Below, in pieces: positions 11,181 through 20,653 of a stretch of 62,637 nucleotides of DNA. The stretch's first letter is position 1. Each line of letters starts with the position of its first letter. The DNA comes from Sulfurovum sp. (GTDB taxonomy: Bacteria; Campylobacterota; Campylobacteria; Campylobacterales; Sulfurovaceae): assembly GCA_020721815.1 (NCBI GenBank), contig DYMA01000001.1:1-62637 (forward strand). The letters run 5' to 3'. The position numbers and the translations under genes were made by a program. The notes beneath the pieces are model-generated. The model was not told the origin of the DNA and ran no database searches. It was given only the letters and a program-made list of their open reading frames with translations.

Positions 11181-11189
11181 TGCTATATA
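11181..11189 (+). promoter_or_regulatory. Extended -10 promoter element TGCTATATA(AT) upstream of petA
   Basis: TGnTATATA lies 38 nt upstream of the petA ATG. AAAGGAAAGG RBS. Confidence 0.35.
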
Positions 11190-11226
11190 ATTGTAAATTG
11201 AAATTTTACTATTTAAAAGGAAAGGT

Positions 11227-11727
11227 ATGAGTAACAGAAGAGACTTTATGGGTATTGCTCTAGGTGGCTTTACGGCTCTAGCAGGTGGTATTCCTGCACT
11301 GTATGCGATGAAACGTTCATGGGATCCGCTTCCAAGCGTCAAAGCCGCTGGTTTTACAGAGGTGGATTTAACCACAATCCCCGAAAATGAGCTAATGACT
11401 GAAAAATGGCGAGGTAAGCCTATCTTCATTCTTAAAAAGAGTGCCGATATGCCCCAAGATCCTAGAGATGTCATTGCAGGAGGAGCAAGATACCATGTAT
11501 CTATTGGTTTGTGTACCCATTTGGGGTGTATTCCTGCCTATTTCCCTGGCGAAAAGAAATTTAAGTGTGCTTGTCACGGTGGTGAGTTTGATGCCAGTGG
11601 TAAAAATACCTTTGGTCCTCCCCCTAAACCTTTGGTAATTCCCCCATTTAAAGTAGATGGCAACAAGATTGTCTTAGGCGAAGCAGGACCAGAGTATCTG
11701 GAAATGCAAAAATCTGGTATAGCATAA
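11227..11727 (+). CDS. petA: Ubiquinol-cytochrome c reductase Rieske iron-sulfur subunit
   Basis: Tat-like signal SNRRDFMG. Rieske boxes CTHLGCIP and CACHGGEFD. Confidence 0.93.
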   Translation: MSNRRDFMGIALGGFTALAGGIPALYAMKRSWDPLPSVKAAGFTEVDLTTIPENELMTEKWRGKPIFILKKSADMPQDPRDVIAGGARYHVSIGLCTHLGCIPAYFPGEKKFKCACHGGEFDASGKNTFGPPPKPLVIPPFKVDGNKIVLGEAGPEYLEMQKSGIA

Positions 11728-11740
11728 GAGAGGAGTAAAA

Positions 11741-12976
11741 ATGGCACATTTTGAAAAAGCAAGTTCAATTACTGAGTGGTTGGATCAAAGACTCGCTATC
11801 ACTACCGTCAAAAAGGTAATGGCATTAGAGTATTGGATTCCCAAAAATATCAACTTCCTATGGGCAATGGGAATGGTATTGGCATTTACATTTGCCCTAT
11901 TGACTATCTCGGGAATTTTCCTATTGATGTACTATCAGCCCAACGTCGATACCGCCTTTGATAGCGTAAACTACACCATTATGAGCGAAGTTGGATTTGG
12001 TTGGCTTTGGAGACATATTCACGGAGTAGCTGCATCGGTGGTCTTTTTGGTAATCTATATTCACATGTTTACGGGTATCTATTATGGGTCATACAAAAAA
12101 GGTCGTGAGATGATTTGGCTAAGCGGTATGCTTTTGTTTGTCGTATTCTCCGCTGAAGCTTTCTCTGGATACATGCTTCCATGGGGACAAATGAGCTACT
12201 GGGCAGGGATGGTAATCACCAATCTTTTTGAAGGTTTCTCTCCTGATATTGCAGGTGGTATTATGAATGCACCTGGGCTTGTGGAGTGGATTCGAGGCGA
12301 TTATGTACCTGGTCAAGCTTTCTTGTCACGATTCTTTATGCTTCACGTGTTACTTTTGCCGCTTGTTATTATGGGTCTTATTGGGTTGCACTTTGCAGCG
12401 CTTAGAATACCTCACGTAAACAACCAAGACGGTGAAGAGTTTGATTATCAAGAAGCTGCCAAACTCTACAAAGAGGGCAAAACAAAAGAGTCAAAAGTTA
12501 TCCCTTTTCAGCCTGTATTTTTGAGTAAAGATGTCTTTGTATTGGGTGTCTATCTCATCTTCTTCTTCTATTTGGTATTCTATCACTTCAATTTTGCGAT
12601 GGATCCTGTAAACTTTGACCCTGCTGATGGACTCAAAACCCCTGCGCATATCTATCCTGAGTGGTACTTCTTGTGGTCGTATGAGATTTTACGTCCGTTT
12701 CCTAAAGATCCTGGTTTGATTGCCTTTGGATTTGCTCAAGTGGCTTTCTTCTTGTTGCCATTCCTTGATAAGAGCGACACGGTAGCACCTGCCAATCGAA
12801 GAGGTCTCTTTAAGTATTGGTTTTGGATTATGATTGTCGATATGATTGTGCTTACGGTAATGGGTAAACTCCCTCCAACAGGCATTTGGAATCATATTGG
12901 TTTGGTAGCTGCAGTAGTCTTTATTGCACTCTTTGTTGCCTTACCATGGGTTACAAAAAACGAAAATAGAGCATAA
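11741..12976 (+). CDS. petB: Cytochrome b
   Basis: RHIHGVAASVVFLVIYIHMF haem-ligand helix and PEWYFLWSYEILR motif. Multiple TM helices. Confidence 0.95.
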   Translation: MAHFEKASSITEWLDQRLAITTVKKVMALEYWIPKNINFLWAMGMVLAFTFALLTISGIFLLMYYQPNVDTAFDSVNYTIMSEVGFGWLWRHIHGVAASVVFLVIYIHMFTGIYYGSYKKGREMIWLSGMLLFVVFSAEAFSGYMLPWGQMSYWAGMVITNLFEGFSPDIAGGIMNAPGLVEWIRGDYVPGQAFLSRFFMLHVLLLPLVIMGLIGLHFAALRIPHVNNQDGEEFDYQEAAKLYKEGKTKESKVIPFQPVFLSKDVFVLGVYLIFFFYLVFYHFNFAMDPVNFDPADGLKTPAHIYPEWYFLWSYEILRPFPKDPGLIAFGFAQVAFFLLPFLDKSDTVAPANRRGLFKYWFWIMIVDMIVLTVMGKLPPTGIWNHIGLVAAVVFIALFVALPWVTKNENRA

Positions 12977-12984
12977 GGAGGGCG

Positions 12985-13923
12985 ATGATGAAAAACGAAT
13001 TAAAAATTTTAGGTGTTGTTGTTGTCTTTACGGCTATTCTCTATTGGGGTGTTGAGCCTTTTGCTCACACGCAAATGCACAAACATGTCGATGGAGAGCA
13101 TTTTGCCTATTCAGATTTAAAAGAAAACACCAAACAAGGCAACGTCGAAAACGGCAAAACGCTTGTTATGGGTGCGGGTGCTTGTACGGGTTGTCACGGC
13201 ATTGAAGCAGTGGCTCACAAGGCTCCAATGGACGCTGCAACTGCAGTAAGTGCTTACGGTGTTAATCCTCCTGATCTCTCCACTGCGGGTGGACTCTACA
13301 GCGAGAAGTTTTTAGCCAACCTTATCGAAAATCCTGCTCATGCCCTCAAAGTAGAGCATAAGTTTGATGCAGCAAAAGGCAAAATGCACCCTATGCCCGC
13401 ATTTTACGGTGCAGGTGGCGACAAAGCACAAGAGATTGCCGATATGGTAGCGTTCCTTAAATCCATCGCTCCCAAAGAGATTTCTCCCAAAGATGCCTAT
13501 ATGGATGCATGCGGACGATGTCACGCCAACCGATACGGTAAATTGGATCAATTGGGACAAACGCCAACTTTCAAAAGTGAAACGGATACTTTGAAACACA
13601 AAGTAGCGGTTTTGGAGTATCAAGATAAACTCAAAGCCTATATGGGCAAATTGCCTCCTGATCTCTCTATCATTATAAGAGCTAGAAGCGAACACTTCTT
13701 GGAGACATTTGTCGAGAATCCTCAGTCGCAACTTGAAGGTACTTCAATGCCTCGTGTAGGTCTTAGTGCCCAAGGATTTGAGAAAGTCAAAGCCTATCTT
13801 ACCCAAACAGGAGATCCTAGCAAACCCGCTCGTGAAGCGATTGGACCATGGGTACTACTCTTTACATTAGTATTTACTGTTCTTGCTTATCTGTGGAAAA
13901 AATCCATGTGGAAAGATCACTAA
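12985..13923 (+). CDS. petC: Dihaem cytochrome c1 subunit of the bc1 complex
   Basis: Two haem c motifs (CTGCHG, CGRCHA) and a C-terminal TM anchor. Third gene of the pet operon. Confidence 0.85.
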   Translation: MMKNELKILGVVVVFTAILYWGVEPFAHTQMHKHVDGEHFAYSDLKENTKQGNVENGKTLVMGAGACTGCHGIEAVAHKAPMDAATAVSAYGVNPPDLSTAGGLYSEKFLANLIENPAHALKVEHKFDAAKGKMHPMPAFYGAGGDKAQEIADMVAFLKSIAPKEISPKDAYMDACGRCHANRYGKLDQLGQTPTFKSETDTLKHKVAVLEYQDKLKAYMGKLPPDLSIIIRARSEHFLETFVENPQSQLEGTSMPRVGLSAQGFEKVKAYLTQTGDPSKPAREAIGPWVLLFTLVFTVLAYLWKKSMWKDH

Positions 13924-13944
13924 GATCTAACCACCCCCCCCTAC

Positions 13945-13968
13945 TCTCCCCTCCTCTTGATGGGGAGA
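13945..13968. terminator. Hairpin TCTCCCC-N10-GGGGAGA between convergent petC and nnr
   Basis: 7-bp GC-rich stem in the 51-bp convergent gap. T-rich on the + side (tacttcttatatcttc). Confidence 0.35.
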
Positions 13969-13974
13969 TACTTC

Positions 13975-15369
13975 TTATATCTTCAACTGCGTAATAGCCT
14001 CAATCAGCTCCAATGGAGTCATAGCGTAAGAGTTTTTGGTGTATTGTCTTGAAGCCATGGCGTGAGCCAAAGAGGCACTGATTGTAGCATCTAATGGAGA
14101 GTAGTTTTGAGCTAACAACGAAGCAATCAATCCTGCCAAGACATCTCCACTGCCTCCTTTTGCTAATGTAGCACTCCCTAGCGTATTGATGTAGATTGTG
14201 TTTTGATGGGCTATAAGTACATTCGCCCCTTTGAGCAAAAGCACGATATGGGGATAGTGTTGGCTAAAAAGTTCAACATAATAAAAGCGATTGTTTTGGA
14301 GTTGTTCGATTGAAATATCAACGATGGTACAAAGTTTGAGAAGCGAAACAAACTCTTTGGGGTGGGGAGTCACTACAATTTGCTCTTTTTTGAGCAGTTG
14401 CGTTATTTCATCTTTGTAAAACATATCCGCATCCACAACCATGGGAACATCAAGCTCTAAAATCTTGCTTAGATCAAAATCACCCATTCCCATTCCCAAC
14501 GCCAACGCACCGCAACGAGAGCCAATAGAGCGTGAGTGCATCAGATAGAGAGGAAGATTGGCAGGTTTGTTGGGACTTATGACACTAACCAATCCGCTAC
14601 CAAAGGCAAAAGCACTCATAGCCGCCATTATTCCCGCCCCCTCTTGCTCCCCTACTATCACACAAACGTGACCGTAGCTACCTTTGTGTCTATTGGCTTT
14701 TTGGCGATGGGGCAAACGCATATCGCTTTTTTCAAGCAAAAAAATAGAGGTATCATAGGCTTCATAGAGCCTTCGAGTGACTCCCAAATGGGCTACTTCA
14801 ATCTCCCCCACATACTCTTTGGCTTTGTCGCTAAATAGAGATTTTTTCAACGCCCCCATAGTAATGGTTGTGTGAGCCTCAAAGGCTACTTGTTCGATAT
14901 TCCCCACACTATCAATCCCTGAAGCTATATCACACGCTATCTTGAAGCCGCTTAGTGCGTTCATTTGCTTTAGCGCTTCTACGGCACGGCTATTGAGAGG
15001 TTTATTGAGTCCCGTACCAAAGAATGCATCAATGATAATATCGTAGCTATCTTCTATCCTCTCCACGATTGAGACTCCCAATTGTTTAGCGCGTTGAAGT
15101 TGCAAGATACACATAGGAGATTTCGCCCCAAAAGGCAGATAGAGCGAAACCTTATACTCACCGTGTAGATGTCTGGCTACTACTATCCCATCAGCCCCAT
15201 TATTGCCTACACCGCTCACAATTAAAATAGATTTATCTTTATCAAAGTTAGCAAGAATAAACTCACTAATCCCCCTTGCCGCATTCTCCATCAAAATATC
15301 TTCGCTTAGACCAAAAGCCTCATAGCAGTGTCTATCGAGTTGGTTTACTTCATGATATACTTTTTGCAT
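13975..15369 (-). CDS. nnr: Bifunctional NAD(P)H-hydrate repair enzyme (epimerase + ADP-dependent dehydratase)
   Basis: YjeF-N (GVGNNGADG) and YjeF-C/carbohydrate-kinase (GGSGDVLAG) domains. Start set at MQKVYHE (15369), which avoids overlap with vapC. Confidence 0.85.
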   Translation of the reverse strand: MQKVYHEVNQLDRHCYEAFGLSEDILMENAARGISEFILANFDKDKSILIVSGVGNNGADGIVVARHLHGEYKVSLYLPFGAKSPMCILQLQRAKQLGVSIVERIEDSYDIIIDAFFGTGLNKPLNSRAVEALKQMNALSGFKIACDIASGIDSVGNIEQVAFEAHTTITMGALKKSLFSDKAKEYVGEIEVAHLGVTRRLYEAYDTSIFLLEKSDMRLPHRQKANRHKGSYGHVCVIVGEQEGAGIMAAMSAFAFGSGLVSVISPNKPANLPLYLMHSRSIGSRCGALALGMGMGDFDLSKILELDVPMVVDADMFYKDEITQLLKKEQIVVTPHPKEFVSLLKLCTIVDISIEQLQNNRFYYVELFSQHYPHIVLLLKGANVLIAHQNTIYINTLGSATLAKGGSGDVLAGLIASLLAQNYSPLDATISASLAHAMASRQYTKNSYAMTPLELIEAITQLKI

Positions 15370-15379
15370 TGACACACCT

Positions 15380-15802
15380 CTAAAGCAACTTAATGTTGTC
15401 AATTCGTTCAAAATGGTCTCTATTGAGCGTCGCTAAGGGAATATTTTGCGAAATTGCACAAGAAGCAATAAAAATATCTCGAAACTCAATGAGTTTATTG
15501 CTTTTTTTGAGAGTTTGAAATATTATAGAGGCTTGTTTGGCTTGTAGGATATCAAAAGGAACTATCTCTAAATATGCTTTTAGAGTCTCAACATCTTCTC
15601 TTTGATGAGTGTTTTTAGCACCACTGTGGAGTTCAAAAAGTGTAATGGTAGATATTGCACACTCATATTTTTGTATAAGACTCCAAAACTCACTTTTTTC
15701 CTTCTTTTGTTTTCGTAAGTAAGCGATAATGACAGAGGTATCTATCAAAACTCTTGAATGTTCCAATTTTGCACCTTTATATCCTCTTCTTTTGTATCCC
15801 AA
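15380..15802 (-). CDS. vapC: PIN-domain toxin VapC
   Basis: VLIDTSVIIAYL (first acidic residue), TLFELHSG, and C-terminal DIFIASCA / TLNRDHF motifs. The true start is probably internal (an in-frame TTG at 15766), because the ATG at 15802 overlaps the antitoxin by 58 nt. Confidence 0.75.
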   Translation of the reverse strand: MGYKRRGYKGAKLEHSRVLIDTSVIIAYLRKQKKEKSEFWSLIQKYECAISTITLFELHSGAKNTHQREDVETLKAYLEIVPFDILQAKQASIIFQTLKKSNKLIEFRDIFIASCAISQNIPLATLNRDHFERIDNIKLL

Positions 15803-15957
15803 ACACTTACATCAAGAAGTTTACTTAAATCCTTTTTGGGTTTAGTTTTATTGTAAGAAAAAGGTAAAACCAATATCTCTATCTCTTGATTGAGATACTC
15901 TTTGGGGATACGGAGTATATACTCCTCGCTTTTGGGTTTGATAATTTCCCTTACCAT
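15745..15957 (-). CDS. Putative VapB-type antitoxin
   Basis: 70-aa ORF immediately upstream of, and overlapping, the PIN gene. ILRIPKEYLNQEIEILVLP resembles swapped-hairpin antitoxins. Confidence 0.55.
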   Translation of the reverse strand: MVREIIKPKSEEYILRIPKEYLNQEIEILVLPFSYNKTKPKKDLSKLLDVSVWDTKEEDIKVQNWNIQEF

Positions 15958-16019
15958 TTTTGCCTCCTTTTGGTTTATTGTAACATATTTTAAAGCTAAA
16001 TTGCTCTATTTATTTTTGA

Positions 16020-16122
16020 TTTTACTCGCATCACAACCCTAGCTGTGATATCCCCTATTGGAGTTCAAAACTTCAAAATATCAATACAGCATTACGAAGC
16101 TGAAGTTTCGTAACGAGTAAAA
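16020..16122. repeat. About 100-bp element bounded by perfect 9-bp inverted repeats TTTTACTCG / CGAGTAAAA, with inner hairpins
   Basis: Read directly. Inner stems are TCACA/TGTGA and TTACGAA/TTCGTAA (16092-16113). The latter lies 17 nt past the cytochrome c stop and may act as its terminator. Confidence 0.4.
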
Positions 16123-16129
16123 ACTTCTT

Positions 16130-16450
16130 CTATTTCTCCATCTTGGAAATATACTCTGCCAACGCCTCTAGTTCATTGGGACTTAATTTCTCGACTTGTG
16201 TACTCATAAGCCGCCCCAAACCAACGCTATCGAGTCTGCCTTGTTGGTAGCTTTGGAGTTTGGTAAGCGTAGTGTTTTTGTCGTTTCCTGCAATCATGGG
16301 GCTAACATTGAGTGCTATCGTTTTGCCATCGCTTCCGTGGCATCCAGCACACTTTTGGTAGAGTTTTTGGGCATCAACGGTGCTGTTGTCCTCATTGCCT
16401 CCATAGAGGAGTGAAAAAAAGATAACGGTTGCCAATCTGCTTTGTCTCAT
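16130..16450 (-). CDS. Periplasmic monohaem cytochrome c (c553-like)
   Basis: Signal peptide, a single CAGCHG motif and a distal Met in GRLMSTQ. 106 aa. Confidence 0.8.
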   Translation of the reverse strand: MRQSRLATVIFFSLLYGGNEDNSTVDAQKLYQKCAGCHGSDGKTIALNVSPMIAGNDKNTTLTKLQSYQQGRLDSVGLGRLMSTQVEKLSPNELEALAEYISKMEK

Positions 16451-16480
16451 TTTGACTCCTTTTTGCGTTGCACTATTATA

Positions 16481-17062
16481 CTAAATTTCTTTTGGGTTTT
16501 GGATGGGTTTGCCCTCTAGTATATCGTGCCATAGGGTGGGAGTGCTCCACTCGCTTTGGATTTGCGCTGAAAATTCAATTTGGGTCACATCAACAGTACC
16601 CATACGCTCACTGTGGGCATCTTGGGCAAAGCTTTGGGCATAACCCGTATCGGTTTCGTGGACAATGATGCTATGAACCTCCACGCCTCTTTCGCCATTG
16701 ACCATCAGTGTCGTATCAATGATTTTCTCTACCATCAAAAATATCACCCGTGAAAACTGCTCTGCTGATGGGCTTACGGGCAACACGACCCAGCGTTTGG
16801 AGTGCTTTTGCATCGCTTCAAGATAGGCTTTGTCGTCTTTGTTCCAAAGCGTAATGGAGTGATCAAAAGCATCTATTAGCTCTTTGATACGAAGTTTCAT
16901 CAATCCAAAATCATAGACCATTTGGGCTTCATCAAGGTAGCTAGACTCCAACAAAACCTCTACCTTATAAGAGTGTCCGTGGAGATTTTGAGAACATCGT
17001 TGCGTCGTACAATGGCGAACGATATGAGCATTTTCAAATTTAAAAAGTTTGCGTATTATCAT
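16481..17062 (-). CDS. queD: 6-carboxytetrahydropterin synthase (long form)
   Basis: FKFENAHIVRHC...NLHGHSYKVEV: Zn/His and Cys motifs of the PTPS/QueD family. Confidence 0.8.
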   Translation of the reverse strand: MIIRKLFKFENAHIVRHCTTQRCSQNLHGHSYKVEVLLESSYLDEAQMVYDFGLMKLRIKELIDAFDHSITLWNKDDKAYLEAMQKHSKRWVVLPVSPSAEQFSRVIFLMVEKIIDTTLMVNGERGVEVHSIIVHETDTGYAQSFAQDAHSERMGTVDVTQIEFSAQIQSEWSTPTLWHDILEGKPIQNPKEI

Positions 17063-17127
17063 GGGTTAATCTTTCATCTTTATTTATGTGATAAAATAGC
17101 TAACTTAGGTTTTAAAAAAGGTTAAAA

Positions 17128-17760
17128 ATGCTACTAGCCGACATTGGTAATACCCATTTTCACATTTATGATGGTCACACTATCAACCATCTCCCTCACG
17201 ATGAGGCGATTCAACGCTACAAAGATAAAAAACTGCTCTACATTTGTGTCCATCACGACACGGCTCAAAAGATTGCAAAAAATAAAAAATGGAGCAATAT
17301 TGGGCAGAGGTTGAGGATTCAAGGGGAGTACTCTACGATGGGCATTGATCGCAAAGCGTTGTGTTTGTCCAAAAAAAATGGTGTTTTTGTGGATGCGGGA
17401 AGTGCTATTACAATCGATGTGGTACGCCATAGCATCTATCAAGGAGGATGTATATTGCCTGGACTTCAAGCCTACTTGCAAAGCTTTGAACGCATCTCTC
17501 CCGCCCTCAAAACCCAGCTCAACCCCAACGTAACGCTTAAGCGATTGCCCACCACAACCAAAGATGCGATTAGCTATGGTATAATTGCATCCATAAAAGC
17601 ACTCATATCCAATCTTAAGTATCATGAGCCACTCTATTTCACGGGGGGAGACGGTGCGTTTTTGGCATCGTTTTTTAAAGACTCCCTTTACGATGAAACG
17701 CTGATTTTCAAAGGGATACTCAAAGGGCTTAAGCAACACAAAAAAGGAAAAACCAGATGA
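17128..17760 (+). CDS. coaX: Type III pantothenate kinase
   Basis: LLADIGNTHFH N-terminal ASKHA phosphate-1 motif and VDAGSAITID. Overlaps hisG (ATGA). Confidence 0.8.
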   Translation: MLLADIGNTHFHIYDGHTINHLPHDEAIQRYKDKKLLYICVHHDTAQKIAKNKKWSNIGQRLRIQGEYSTMGIDRKALCLSKKNGVFVDAGSAITIDVVRHSIYQGGCILPGLQAYLQSFERISPALKTQLNPNVTLKRLPTTTKDAISYGIIASIKALISNLKYHEPLYFTGGDGAFLASFFKDSLYDETLIFKGILKGLKQHKKGKTR

Positions 17761-18383
17761 TAACCGTAGCACTGCCCAAGGGCAGAATTGCCGATGAGAC
17801 ACTCGACATCTTTTCAGAAATTTTTAACAAAAAGTTTGAATTTGAAAATCGAAAATTGATTTTGGAAGTGGGAGGATTTAAGTTTCTCAATGTCCGCAAC
17901 CAAGACGTGCCTACCTATGTAGAGTACGGAGCGGCGGATATTGGAGTAGTGGGACTTGATGTAATTATCGAAAAAGAGTTGGATATTATCCAGTTGCTTG
18001 ATATGCAGTTGGGGCTTTGCAAAGTCTGTATCGGCATCAAAAACGAAGATGAGCTTGATTGGAGCAAACCCAATATCAAAGTCGCTACCAAAATGGAAAA
18101 TATCGCCAAAAACTACTTCGCCTCCAAAGCGGTGGGAGTTGAAGTGATTAAGCTCTACGGCTCTATCGAATTAGCCCCACTTATCGGAATGTGCGATGCC
18201 ATTGTCGATATTGTCGAAACGGGCAATACGATGCGAGAAAACGGACTCAAAGTAGCGCAAGAGATTATGGACTCCTCAGCTCACCTAATCGCCAACAAAA
18301 ACAGCTATTACAGCAAAAAAGATGAGATTTTATCCATCTATGAGCAAATCAAAAAGGTAGTCCAACGACGTGCAAACTCTTAA
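17757..18383 (+). CDS. hisG: ATP phosphoribosyltransferase, short form
   Basis: ITVALPKGR, DVPTYVEYGAADIGVVG and DIVETGNTMRENGL motifs. At 208 aa it has no C-terminal regulatory domain, consistent with hisZ at 3948. Confidence 0.9.
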   Translation: MITVALPKGRIADETLDIFSEIFNKKFEFENRKLILEVGGFKFLNVRNQDVPTYVEYGAADIGVVGLDVIIEKELDIIQLLDMQLGLCKVCIGIKNEDELDWSKPNIKVATKMENIAKNYFASKAVGVEVIKLYGSIELAPLIGMCDAIVDIVETGNTMRENGLKVAQEIMDSSAHLIANKNSYYSKKDEILSIYEQIKKVVQRRANS

Positions 18384-18409
18384 ATCCTCACCCCATAAAG
18401 GGAAAGGGT

Positions 18410-19996
18410 TTAATCTAAAAATATTTTGAAATCAATAAAACCAAAAATAGAGTTTTTCTCCTCTAGGTATGCCAATCGTCCAAAATCTATCGTGTTGGTG
18501 TTGAGCATATCTACGAGTTGATTGAAATTAAAAATATGCTCTTTGGTACGGTTGATGCTGTACTCAGATGCCGTTGCAGTAGTGACCAAAAAGGCCCAGT
18601 CGCTGCTTTGAGCCAACAGTAGCTCCCGAAGCATTTGATTGAGCAGACGCACATGGTTGCTCTCATGGGTATCACGGTAGTTGTAGGCGTATTGACTCAT
18701 CTTGTCCGCCATCTCATGAAGGTGGCGATAGATCCATGAATTGCCCTCATTGAGCCATACATCGTAGTATCCCTGATCGCCCCACGAGGAGGGATTGGGG
18801 CTTACGACTTGATTGGTAGGGTATCGGTTGAGGTAATCAAGGGGCGTAATGGCTTTAATGACCTTGTGTTTGTCTATCTCTTTGAAAAGATTGTAGAGAA
18901 ATTCGGGGCCTTCAAACCACCAATGCCCAAAGAGTTCCGCATCGTAGGGCGAAACCACCATAGGGGTTCTATCCATGTAGTGCGAGAGGTGTTCGATTTG
19001 TTTTTCTCTATTGAAGTGAAAATCACGGGCATGGTCTTGGGTACGACACGATGCAATGAAGGGATCGTACGCCTCTTTGTAGTCGCTATTGCCTGTAATT
19101 CTATGGTATTTGTAGCCCGTAAAGACTCGTGGACCATCGGGATTGATGTAATCTTTGATGTAATCATAATCAAGGTCGTATCCAATATCACGGTAGAAAT
19201 CACGGTAATCAACATCCCCAGGATAGCCCTCTTTGGAACTCCATACTTGTTTTGAGGACTCTCCATCACGTCCAAAGGCAGCTACGCCGTGTGGGGTATA
19301 GACAGGCGTATAGACACCGTTCAGTGCTGTTGGAGTGGCATAGACAAGTGCGTGAGAATCGACGATGAAAAACTCCAAACCGTTGTTTTTTAAGATTCTA
19401 TCCAATCCATCGTAGTAGGCACATTCAGGTAGCCAAATCCCTTTGGGGTTTCGATGAAAGTGTTTTTGATGTGCTTTGATAGCTACTTCGATTTGCACCT
19501 CTACGGCTTTTTCATTGACGCACAAGAGGGGCAAAAATCCATGCGTTGCACCGCAGGTAATCACCTCCAATGAGCCTTTGTTGTAAAAATAGCGATAGCC
19601 GTTGAGGACATTTCCATGCAAAACGGTATCAAAAAAGGCTTTGGTCTCTTTGAAAAAGTGGTAGTAAAAGAGCGCATTGTTGTGAAAATGAGGATCCTCT
19701 TGGGCGGTACGGGCAATCTCTTTTTCTCCTAGTTCGATTTGTCGCTCCAAAAATTTTGTGTATTTCCCCATCAAATGCGCATCATCAAGCATCTCAGCAA
19801 GAGGCGGTGTAATGGAGGTGGTCAATCTAAACTCAACGCCCTCATTTTCGAGCTTTTTGAGGCGACTTAGCAGGGGGATATAGCACTCTGTAATTGCCTC
19901 AAAGAGCCAATGCTCTTCTAAGAAGTTGTCATACTCGGGGTGTTTAACAAACGGAAGATGTGAGTGTAAAATGGGAATCCAATAACCTTTAATCAT
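18410..19996 (-). CDS. GH57-family 1,4-alpha-glucan branching enzyme
   Basis: GH57 conserved regions in the branching-enzyme flavour: ILHSHLPFV, WLPECAY and YDAELFGHWWFEGP. Confidence 0.8.
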   Translation of the reverse strand: MIKGYWIPILHSHLPFVKHPEYDNFLEEHWLFEAITECYIPLLSRLKKLENEGVEFRLTTSITPPLAEMLDDAHLMGKYTKFLERQIELGEKEIARTAQEDPHFHNNALFYYHFFKETKAFFDTVLHGNVLNGYRYFYNKGSLEVITCGATHGFLPLLCVNEKAVEVQIEVAIKAHQKHFHRNPKGIWLPECAYYDGLDRILKNNGLEFFIVDSHALVYATPTALNGVYTPVYTPHGVAAFGRDGESSKQVWSSKEGYPGDVDYRDFYRDIGYDLDYDYIKDYINPDGPRVFTGYKYHRITGNSDYKEAYDPFIASCRTQDHARDFHFNREKQIEHLSHYMDRTPMVVSPYDAELFGHWWFEGPEFLYNLFKEIDKHKVIKAITPLDYLNRYPTNQVVSPNPSSWGDQGYYDVWLNEGNSWIYRHLHEMADKMSQYAYNYRDTHESNHVRLLNQMLRELLLAQSSDWAFLVTTATASEYSINRTKEHIFNFNQLVDMLNTNTIDFGRLAYLEEKNSIFGFIDFKIFLD

Positions 19997-20645
19997 TGCT
20001 GTCTCCTTTTTGCGACAAGCTCATAGTACTTGAACCTACGCCAAAGGTACTTTGAGTCATTTGGGTTAAAAAGCGTAAACGCTCCAACTCTTTGATATAT
20101 TTTGCCGATGATCCGCTAAATTCAAGATGCGTCGTAGAGGCGTGCAACAACTCGCTCCACAAGAGACCTCTACGCATCCATATCTCATCCTTATCGGAGG
20201 GTAGATTAATCTGCGAAGAGAAGGTGTGAATGGGTTGCGAAACAAAAAGCTCTTGAAACACTCCCTTTTCCATAAATCCTGCTTTGGCGTAAATTTTGCG
20301 GTTTTCAAAGACTCCTTTGACAAAGTATTCGCTCACCGAAAAAGAGGAACTAACGCTAAAAAGCATACCGTTGGCATCGTAGATTTGAAAATGGAGCTGT
20401 TGGGAGTTTAAATCGATACCGTGTTTTTGAAGTGTCTCATCGGTAATCTCCCAATAGAGGTAGTATTTGGATTGATTGACGGGCAACAACGTCACTCTAT
20501 CTTTGTAGTAGCGACTGGGAATAGGATACTCTCTAATGCCCTCTTGGTGGGCTTCTTGTGCCATAGTATCAATAGCATGGGTGGTACTGGAAAAACTATC
20601 TTTTGGAATACTCTCTTTGATTAAATATCTATTATTTTCATTCAT
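19989..20645 (-). CDS. DUF4912-domain protein (usual partner of the GH57 branching enzyme)
   Basis: DRVTLLPVNQSKYYLYWEIT motif. 8-nt overlap with the branching enzyme gene. Confidence 0.55.
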   Translation of the reverse strand: MNENNRYLIKESIPKDSFSSTTHAIDTMAQEAHQEGIREYPIPSRYYKDRVTLLPVNQSKYYLYWEITDETLQKHGIDLNSQQLHFQIYDANGMLFSVSSSFSVSEYFVKGVFENRKIYAKAGFMEKGVFQELFVSQPIHTFSSQINLPSDKDEIWMRRGLLWSELLHASTTHLEFSGSSAKYIKELERLRFLTQMTQSTFGVGSSTMSLSQKGDSND

Positions 20646-20653
20646 ACTCTCTC

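Noticed and set aside
15745-15802. 58-nt overlap of vapC with its antitoxin as evidence of a frameshift or gene fusion.
   Set aside because: An in-frame TTG at 15766 gives a conventional short overlap and a PIN domain of normal length. No frame disruption is visible.
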